DNA from: Nitrososphaera viennensis EN76
Lineage (GTDB): Archaea > Thermoproteota > Nitrososphaeria > Nitrososphaerales > Nitrososphaeraceae
Reading direction: 5' to 3'
NCBI RefSeq assembly: GCF_000698785.1
Contig: NZ_CP007536.1
Location: 1,620,001 to 1,652,000 of the forward strand
DNA: 32,000 nt
Shown here: piece after piece, positions 25,657 to 32,000 of the stretch
Layout of the letters: each line of letters begins with the position of its first letter
Numbering within the stretch: position 1 is the stretch's first letter
The notes under the pieces: generated by a model
What the model was told of the DNA's origin: nothing
The model's database searches: none
Seen by the model: only the letters and a program-made list of their open reading frames with translations
Made by a program: the position numbers and the translations under genes

Positions 25657-26023
25657 ACGGTGTCATGATTTGGGAACTTTGGCCTTCATTTAAAACACAA
25701 TGACGTTTCTTACAAGATGTTCTGAAAATTGATAATCAGATCAGAGAATCAAGATCCTTGACTCATCTATGCTGCGTCTTTATCGGCATACAGTAGGCCA
25801 CCACTACCCGTTCATGGGGAGGACCGGCCAAGATTTCAATATCACAGAATAGCATCTGTTTGCTCTGTATACCTGATAGTTTTATTCATGGCAGATAATA
25901 TCAAGATACTCGAACCGTGGCAGGCTCCGCCGGGTATCTTCACTTGGCATGGTGTGTCCGGCGGAGTCTTTTAGTTTTCAAATGATGGGATTCTACAGTT
26001 GTGGCCGCAATAGTTGTCGGAAA

Positions 26024-26167
26024 CTAAGATTTACCTTGTGCGCATGTCTTTGCGCCTGTAAAGTCTATCGCTACGAAAGGTTCGTTTCCAACCACCCATG
26101 CATCATCTCTGGGAGGCACTATTCCCGTATCGCCTCCCGAAAATTCTTGCTCGCTTTCATCGCCCAT
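26024..26167 (-). CDS. possible 47-aa ORF immediately downstream of the large surface protein gene
   Basis: The ATG lies 22 nt after the stop of 26190-28766. MGDESEQEFSGGDTGIVPPRDDAWVVGNEPFVAIDFTGAKTCAQGKS looks natural, but there is no further support. Confidence 0.25.
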   Translation of the reverse strand: MGDESEQEFSGGDTGIVPPRDDAWVVGNEPFVAIDFTGAKTCAQGKS

Positions 26168-26189
26168 CCTGGCTTTCAGCTTGAATATC

Positions 26190-28766
26190 TCATATCTGCG
26201 GCAATGCAAATTGTTGTGGGACAGAAATTCTGGATTCGCCCACGTCCGACAATGCAATTGGAGACCCGCTCAGCTTGTCCCATACAAAGACCTTGATTGT
26301 ATAGTCGCCAGGCTCTTCAGGCATCCAAGACCGCGATGCTGTTTCCGTCTGTCCGGCATTTACTGCTCCTGTCGCCCAGTTAACGCTGTACGTGACCCCA
26401 TCCTTCTCAACCTGTGTTATGTACACATAGTCCTGCGCGCTGTTCTGGTAGTTCTTGAATGTGGCCGAGATGTTTACTTGCTGTCCCGGCTTGACAGAAG
26501 TCAAGACGATGTTCTGCATGTTCATAGTGCCATAGCTTACAAACTTGATACGGTCCAAGGGGTGCTGTACAAAATGCGAATCTGCATAGGTAAAGACTTG
26601 ACCATCAGTAGTGAAACTACCGCCAGAGGAGCTTCCTCCACCACCCCCTCCTCCACCGCCGCCACCAACAAAGCCGCCACCTCCGCTGCCACTGCTACCA
26701 CTACTACCTGTGCTGTGATTGATGACATATTCTTCTATGACGACAGGGCTGATGTTACCAGCGTTATCTTTTGCAATGAACTTCAGCATGGTCGTGGTGG
26801 CTATAGGTATTGGTGCAGAGTAAACAGTACCCGACGTTGTCGTGGGGTCAGAGCCATCAGTGGTGTAGTAGATAGTAGCGGTAGATTCACTAGGCGCGAG
26901 CGTGACAGATTGGACCGACGTGTACGTGCCGCCGGCAGGCGAAGCTGACACAGTTGGAGCAGTTGCGTCTATGCTGTAGGTATGAGTGATCACAGCGCTG
27001 GCGGTACCGCTGCTGGTATCCTGGGCAAAGAACTTCAAAACCGTATCCGAAGAGACGAGTACCGGCTCTGAATAGGCAGCGCTAGACGTCGTAGGTGTAG
27101 AGCCGTCGGTGGTGTAGTAGATGACGACGGCAGTACCAGTCGAGCTGGGCGGCGAGGCTGTCAGAGTGACTAGCAGTGGAGGCCCGTACGTGCCGCCTGG
27201 AGGCGAGGCTGTCACCGCGATACCATTACTACTACTGCTGCTGTTGCTGCCGCCAACTGTGAACGTATACACATCGCTGTACGGGCTCTCGTTTCCAGAT
27301 GAATCAGATGCTCTCACTTTCCAGTAGTATGTCCCGCCTGGCAGTGGTTCCGATCCGTTAGCCGTGTATGTAGATTCCACGAGTCCTGTTTGCGATATAG
27401 CGACAGGAGCATCAAAGTCGGGATTGTCTGCGACTAGCAAATCATAAGTCACCGTCTGAGAAGCCAAGTCGGTTGCTTCTGTCCACTCAAACGTCGTTTC
27501 GCTGCTTTCGACGTTGGAATCGTCCTCCGGCGATAGCGGCGTTGGAATTGAAGGGGCCGTCGTATCGGTTATGGTAACGTTCTGCGTTGCACTGGCAGAG
27601 TTGCCGGAATCATCAGTTGCAGTCCACGTGACGGTGGTGGTTCCAACAGGGAAGCCCCCCTCTTCTTCTGACTCGGACGCACCGCCCGGCGCGTTGTTGG
27701 ATACATGTGGGGAGGAGTCGCGGTTATCGCGCACCGTCGGCGATCCCAGTGAAACTGGCGTTCTTACGCCGGTCGCCTCTGTTGTGATATCGGGCGGCGC
27801 GGTTATCTGAGGAGCTGCCGTATCCTCAGACGAGGGTTCCTCGGGCGCAGAAGAAGAACCTATTGCTTCCGAGTAGGTCTTTATCGAATACCCTCTCGAT
27901 TGAATATTCTCAATGAGCGTATCCAGATCTGCCAGCTCGCTGCTTGAAATCTGGTTTGTGGGGTTCTGGCTTGAATCCTTGACGGCAAAGTCCTGGGGAT
28001 GCAAGGTCACCACTGCATACCCGTAGGAGGATATTGCCTCGTCGATTCTGCTTGTCATCGTGTTCATGGAAGTCTTGGTCGGCGGTTCAGAGTCATACGT
28101 GTAGAATCCTATCACCTGCGGGAGGTGGTAGATGCCATGCGAGTCTGAAATGTCAGAGTCAGGTATCGCCTTGTAGACCTTGTTGTCCGGGCTGGCTGGC
28201 TCGTCGGGGTTGTATATGCTTGGAAGTTCCTGATCGAATTCCGCGCTTATGATCTTCATGTCGAGCGCTTCAAGTGCTGCAAGAGTATTGTCATCATAGG
28301 CATTGAACGGCGGGATGAACGCCACCGCACTGCTTCCCCAAAGCGAGGTCATCTTTTGGTTGGCCTGCTGCAGCGTATCGTGTTGCTCTTGAGGGGTTAG
28401 CGTTCTATGGTCGACGTGGTTCCATGCGTGGCTTACAAGTTCAAATGTGCCAGAGTTGAGGCCTTCTCCAACCTTGTCCACTACCGAAGGGTCGTTTCCA
28501 ATAAAGTTCATTATTACTCCAACGCCAAGTCTTTCGCCTTTGGCGATAAAGTGGTTCATGAGCGCAATTTGGACGGTATTGAGCCAGAAATCCTGAATGT
28601 CATCAAGCCTAAAGATGACGCAATTGCATGCACCCGGGATAGTAGCTGCTCGGACAGAAATTGGCGCAGAAATCATGCCAAACACAAGCATGAATGCAGC
28701 CGCTACTGCCCATACTGCAGAGATGTTTCCATGCCGCGGTCGAGTCCTGCCTTGGCCGGCAGGCAT
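26190..28766 (-). CDS. large secreted multidomain protein: CE4/NodB-like polysaccharide deacetylase + HYR + Fn3-like + 2x chitobiase/hexosaminidase-C-like domains + Gly/Ser linker + C-terminal beta-sandwich
   Basis: Signal/anchor AVWAVAAAFMLVFGMISAPISVRA. Deacetylase motifs FRLDD, HAWNH, IPPFNAYD, TLHPQDF. HYR-like GTTTVTWTATDDSGNSASATQNVTITD. Two repeats, (V)IYYTTDGS(T/D)PTT...YS.P......LKF.A.D. Linker GSSGSSGSGGGGFVGGGGGGGGGGGSSSGGS. I take the ATG at 28766; the track start at 28784 is GTG. Confidence 0.9.
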   Translation of the reverse strand: MPAGQGRTRPRHGNISAVWAVAAAFMLVFGMISAPISVRAATIPGACNCVIFRLDDIQDFWLNTVQIALMNHFIAKGERLGVGVIMNFIGNDPSVVDKVGEGLNSGTFELVSHAWNHVDHRTLTPQEQHDTLQQANQKMTSLWGSSAVAFIPPFNAYDDNTLAALEALDMKIISAEFDQELPSIYNPDEPASPDNKVYKAIPDSDISDSHGIYHLPQVIGFYTYDSEPPTKTSMNTMTSRIDEAISSYGYAVVTLHPQDFAVKDSSQNPTNQISSSELADLDTLIENIQSRGYSIKTYSEAIGSSSAPEEPSSEDTAAPQITAPPDITTEATGVRTPVSLGSPTVRDNRDSSPHVSNNAPGGASESEEEGGFPVGTTTVTWTATDDSGNSASATQNVTITDTTAPSIPTPLSPEDDSNVESSETTFEWTEATDLASQTVTYDLLVADNPDFDAPVAISQTGLVESTYTANGSEPLPGGTYYWKVRASDSSGNESPYSDVYTFTVGGSNSSSSSNGIAVTASPPGGTYGPPLLVTLTASPPSSTGTAVVIYYTTDGSTPTTSSAAYSEPVLVSSDTVLKFFAQDTSSGTASAVITHTYSIDATAPTVSASPAGGTYTSVQSVTLAPSESTATIYYTTDGSDPTTTSGTVYSAPIPIATTTMLKFIAKDNAGNISPVVIEEYVINHSTGSSGSSGSGGGGFVGGGGGGGGGGGSSSGGSFTTDGQVFTYADSHFVQHPLDRIKFVSYGTMNMQNIVLTSVKPGQQVNISATFKNYQNSAQDYVYITQVEKDGVTYSVNWATGAVNAGQTETASRSWMPEEPGDYTIKVFVWDKLSGSPIALSDVGESRISVPQQFALPQI

Positions 28767-29238
28767 CCAATGAATAATATCCACATAACAATGTCCTTGG
28801 GATTTTGTATATACAAGAAAAGTTCACCTTCTTGCTCCCTTTCGACTGGTCTTCAATACGGATTGATGTCGGAATAGATTCGATGCTGAAACATCCGCAT
28901 GATTTTTGATGTCAAAAGTCAGGACGCAGCGAAATCAGCGTACTCTATATTGAGCATTCATAAAAAATTGCTATTTGCGGATACTTGCAAAAGTAACCTG
29001 CTATACATACAACTGATGATTGTTGAAGGATCATCGTTGGGAACGTGCAGACAAGTCTCTACGGCAGGTGTTGAGGTCTGTCGTTAAAGTTTAGTGCATC
29101 AGGCCGAAATTGATGTCGAAGCTAGAAACAGGAGACTGAAAATATATGCACCGTAAAGAAAATTTTACGTTAATGCAAAACTAGTATGAGAAAAAACATG
29201 GAGGAAGAAAAAAATGAGAAGGGTCGTGGCAGCGCCTC

Positions 29239-29844
29239 TCAGGCGTTCATGCTCTCTGTTAAAGAGGATCCGCTACCGCTATTCGACGACGACGATGACG
29301 AAGGAACCCTGTCGCCCCAGTTCATGCCATAGTGATGTCCAAAGGAGTGACCGCGAGCGCACCCATAGCCTCCTCCAAATCCGCCAAAGTGCAGCGGCAT
29401 GTCAGCAGAGGTGTACAGGACAGATCCGTTTCCTGCATCCACTATGACTATTTTGCTTGTGCCAGCGTCAAAGTCGGCGACCTTGAATGCATATACAAGG
29501 TAGCCCTGGACCACTGTGAGTTGTCCGCCAATCACCGTGCCGTTAGAGACTGCTTCCTGTGCCGTGTCAAGAGCACTGCTAAACGGCACCTTTGCATTGT
29601 CGCGCAAGAATGCTTTTGCAGCGTCTCGTACGTTCACTGAGCCGTTAAGCTGGGGCACAGCCTGCTGCTGACCGTCACTGTTGTTGCTGCCGGATTGCGT
29701 ACTATTGGTTCCCTGCTGTGCCAGTGCAGGCTGCGTCATAAAGACTGCCGCGGTAGCTAGAACTGCAGCCATGACGCCGGCCATCACTATCATCTGTGTT
29801 TTTCTGCTGTTGCTATTTCCTATTCCTTCCATAGCCGTATGCAT
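29239..29844 (-). CDS. secreted PepSY-domain protein with Gly/His-rich and poly-Ser C-terminal tail
   Basis: Signal/anchor MIVMAGVMAAVLATAAVFMTQPALA. PepSY-like ALDTAQEAVSNGTVIGGQLTVVQGYLVYAFKVADFDAGTSKIVIVDAGNGSVL. Tail HFGGFGGGYGCARGHSFGHHYGMNWG...SSSSSSNSGSGSS. Confidence 0.75.
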   Translation of the reverse strand: MHTAMEGIGNSNSRKTQMIVMAGVMAAVLATAAVFMTQPALAQQGTNSTQSGSNNSDGQQQAVPQLNGSVNVRDAAKAFLRDNAKVPFSSALDTAQEAVSNGTVIGGQLTVVQGYLVYAFKVADFDAGTSKIVIVDAGNGSVLYTSADMPLHFGGFGGGYGCARGHSFGHHYGMNWGDRVPSSSSSSNSGSGSSLTESMNA

Positions 29845-30055
29845 TTGCAGTAACCAAAATTTTGTATTAATGATTGCGTATCATTTGCGAGTAACAAAGT
29901 TACCCTATTGCATGCAGGCTAATCGCACGTAATGGCCTACAGGCAGCATTTTCTCTCTTATAGGGTGCAAGAGAAACAAAGAAAAATTCTCCTTTGACAG
30001 GCTTGCCAAAATATGAGATCAAAAACCGACCAGCCGGCCGTCTGAGCTTGACTAA

Positions 30056-30211
30056 CTAAAGGGCTTCATCCATGTTCAGTTGCCGCCATTCGCCTCTCCT
30101 TCTGCATTTGATGCAGAGTTTTCGTTGCATCAATAGATCAATTGACTGTCCATCAGGAGGCCGGACGAAATCCTTTGTACCACAATGGCACTTGATGCAG
30201 CTGTACGACAT
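30056..30211 (-). CDS. 51-aa zinc-ribbon mini-protein (below the ORF-track cutoff)
   Basis: Manual translation: MSYSCIKCHCGTKDFVRPPDGQSIDLLMQRKLCIKCRRRGEWRQLNMDEAL (CxxC...CxxC). The frame is closed by TAA upstream. Confidence 0.45.
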   Translation of the reverse strand: MSYSCIKCHCGTKDFVRPPDGQSIDLLMQRKLCIKCRRRGEWRQLNMDEAL

Positions 30212-30619
30212 ACCGCCATACCGCCTGCCATGTATATACGAGGAAATGCCAAAACTGCATGAATTCTTGCATTACATGCACCTAATCGACTAGATGAATG
30301 ACCTGTAAACGCAGCCCACTAATCTTATTAGATATACTTTCGTACTATAAGATACGGAGGGAGAATATACCACATACCTGCGTCCCGCCCCCTGTTAGAC
30401 TTGACATCAAAGCATCAGGCAGGGCGCAGGTATATCTTTTTCACACCTCTTGCTACAACACTAAAAACTCCTCCCCTCTTCTATTATTAAAAACAGCGGT
30501 CAAGCGTTAAAGATTTCAGCACAGTTTCCGTCATGCTCGGAGATGACAACTAAGAAGTCCAGTTAACACTCCACTGAACTAAATTAAGTCGTGGCTATAT
30601 ACTCGTTAAATAACAGATA

Positions 30620-30802
30620 ATGATGTCAAGACCTTTTAGAACAACACCGATACAAATTAAGAAGAACAACTCACCGGGAGACTGTGGCATATGTTCAGCA
30701 ACAGCGACGACAGAAGCCCTATTCGAGTTGGGAGGCTGCATAGTAGTTCGGAAATATTGTGACAAGTGCCTGCCAAATGCAGAGTACGAGGTCCCTTTGT
30801 AG
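30620..30802 (+). CDS. small Cys4 zinc-ribbon protein, family member 3 of 3
   Basis: MMSRPFRTTPIQIKKNNSPGDCGICSATATTEALFELGGCIVVRKYCDKCLPNAEYEVPL. A TATA-like ctatatac lies about 20-25 nt upstream. T-rich tracts follow the stop. Confidence 0.7.
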   Translation: MMSRPFRTTPIQIKKNNSPGDCGICSATATTEALFELGGCIVVRKYCDKCLPNAEYEVPL

Positions 30803-30887
30803 TAAAGAAGTATTTTTCCCTCCTTTTGAGATTTTTCTGAACCTGATGAATGCAAGTTCTTACCTGTGCATCATCCTGGATTGCACA

Positions 30888-31070
30888 TCAATTAGCTTTG
30901 CCGTACCAATCCCCATGTTTGTCCATTAAGGACATGACTCTAAGGTAAAAGTCCCCAAGTTCGTATAACGATAAATTCAAATTCTTTATAGAGTAAACGT
31001 CTAGTCCGAGCGCTTTGAGGTTGTTGTAAAGTTCATTTTTTATTCTCTCTTCATCATCGTTTGTTTGCAT
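30888..31070 (-). CDS. hypothetical 60-aa protein
   Basis: Intact ATG ORF (MQTNDDEERIKNELYNNLKALGLDVYSIKNLNLSLYELGDFYLRVMSLMDKHGDWYGKAN). No motif recognised. Confidence 0.4.
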   Translation of the reverse strand: MQTNDDEERIKNELYNNLKALGLDVYSIKNLNLSLYELGDFYLRVMSLMDKHGDWYGKAN

Positions 31071-31196
31071 TGCATACTCAACTTGCCCCCATTCTGATGG
31101 CTACAATCAATACTATTCAACAATAGTCAGTTGCCGCAGTAGTTAAACTTGCGGAGTGATTGGGCTTTCCGACTCCGGATCATCTATCTCTCTAAT

Positions 31197-31715
31197 TCAC
31201 ATCCCTCCAAACAATCTTGTTGCGACCAAACCGATGAAGTACACTGTGGCGAGAGCTTTAACGATTTTGCCAGCCGTCATTGCTATTGTAAACTTGCGAA
31301 AATCATAGCTCTTTGCTCCTGCAATCATGATGATGATATCGCCAAAGACGGGAACCCATGGAGCCGCAACCAAAGCAAGCCATCCATACTTTGCTAACAT
31401 TTCATGACTCTTTTTCTGCTCCTTCTCTTGGTGTTTGGGTTTTAAGAAGCGAAATACCTTAGCTCCGGACTTGCCGATGAAGTAGCTGAGAAATCCTCCA
31501 GCAACAGTACCCGCAGCCAGAGTTAAGAAAACTAGGAGTTTGTCTTGGCCTGCCGCCAGAAGAGCCGATACTGCGATCTCTGTCGGTAGAGGTAAAGCAG
31601 TGGATGCAAGCACGCTATTGACAAAAAGCCCTGCAAGGCCAAACTCTGCAAAGATGGAATTAGCTGCAAGCTTGGTAATTATTTCCTGCGCATATTGGAG
31701 GTATTGTTCAATCAT
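31197..31715 (-). CDS. DedA/YqaA-family (VTT/SNARE-associated domain) membrane protein
   Basis: 172 aa. GLAGLFVNSVLASTALPLPTEIAVSAL...GGFLSYFIGKSG...KYGWLALVAAPWVPVFGDIIIMIAGA fits the DedA/YqaA pattern. Confidence 0.85.
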   Translation of the reverse strand: MIEQYLQYAQEIITKLAANSIFAEFGLAGLFVNSVLASTALPLPTEIAVSALLAAGQDKLLVFLTLAAGTVAGGFLSYFIGKSGAKVFRFLKPKHQEKEQKKSHEMLAKYGWLALVAAPWVPVFGDIIIMIAGAKSYDFRKFTIAMTAGKIVKALATVYFIGLVATRLFGGM

Positions 31716-31895
31716 TTCTTATTCGCTTTCAATTCTGTGGCAGGTCTCACAGTCTGTTCTTCTGGGGATATATGATCCTCGTGAGTAGTTAATTGCGGCA
31801 GCTCATTCACTAGTATAGCACCGGCGATTCTTTCCTCTATTGCATTTTGAGATTAAATGGAGGATTATAGCGACTTGCAGAGAGCCGACTGATAC

Positions 31896-31925
31896 CATGG
31901 GAGAAGATATCATGGGAGAAGATAT
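31896..31925. repeat. 15-bp tandem duplication, two full units
   Basis: catgggagaagatat occurs at 31896-31910 and 31911-31925, followed by a partial catg. It is intergenic. Confidence 0.9.
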
Positions 31926-32000
31926 CATGATAGTCAATCCTATCTGAACCTACCCTCTTTTGGTCTAAGAACCTGCGCCACCTCATCGTACACTTTGCGA

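Noticed and set aside
26181-26948. 255-aa plus-strand ORF, and other plus-strand ORFs within 26190-28877
   Set aside because: They are antisense to the domain-rich 858-aa gene, and their translations are low-complexity and Arg/Ser-rich.
30397-30406. 10-nt match (agacttgaca) to the core of the IS terminal repeat, inside an imperfect hairpin at 30377-30432; similar 9-mers occur near 10786-10836
   Set aside because: The matches are too short to distinguish from chance (about 0.06 expected for a 10-mer in this window), and the flanks do not extend the TIR similarity. They are not called as solo TIRs or MITEs.
1-32000. CRISPR array, rRNA and tRNA genes
   Set aside because: There are no regularly spaced direct repeats. 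The only tandem repeat is the 15-bp duplication at 31896. No rRNA-like or tRNA-like conserved blocks were recognised on either strand.

Overview
No search tools were used. Family calls rest on motifs read from the supplied translations and on recalled family signatures. The window looks like chromosomal DNA of a soil ammonia-oxidising archaeon of the Nitrososphaera type, with mid-range GC by eye. Recognisable genes: a solitary archaeal amoC (637-1200); a multicopper oxidase fused to a C-terminal cupredoxin (12884-14290); a cytochrome P450 (16368-17624) next to a Sulfolobus-type zinc 7Fe ferredoxin (18312-18851); an 858-aa multidomain surface protein with an N-terminal CE4/NodB-like deacetylase (26190-28766); a PepSY protein; a DedA/YqaA membrane protein; an SRPBCC protein; a V4R protein; and ArsR, winged-helix and Lrp/AsnC-RAM regulators. 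Six less ordinary things stand out. (1) A 1324-bp tnpB-only element has perfect 22-bp terminal inverted repeats and a flanking 8-bp (7/8) direct repeat, which is not IS200/IS605-like architecture. (2) Six perfectly alternating purine-pyrimidine runs of 20-35 nt, plus shorter ones, all lie in intergenic DNA. (3) Three paralogs of an RHH-plus-unknown-domain protein each sit beside a redox or ligand gene. (4) There are three paralogs of a roughly 60-aa Cys4 zinc-ribbon protein. (5) A two-gene cassette (a 4-Cys micropeptide followed by a multi-CxxC protein) is duplicated, and a third copy has decayed. (6) Several zinc-ribbon or C2H2 mini-ORFs fall below the 60-aa ORF cutoff. At least six frame disruptions in four genes occur at short homopolymers, so either the assembly has indel errors or these genes are decaying. 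I found no rRNA, tRNA or CRISPR array. Archaeal-style signals recur: AT-rich TATA-like boxes about 25-30 nt upstream of many ATGs, and oligo-T tracts after stop codons.
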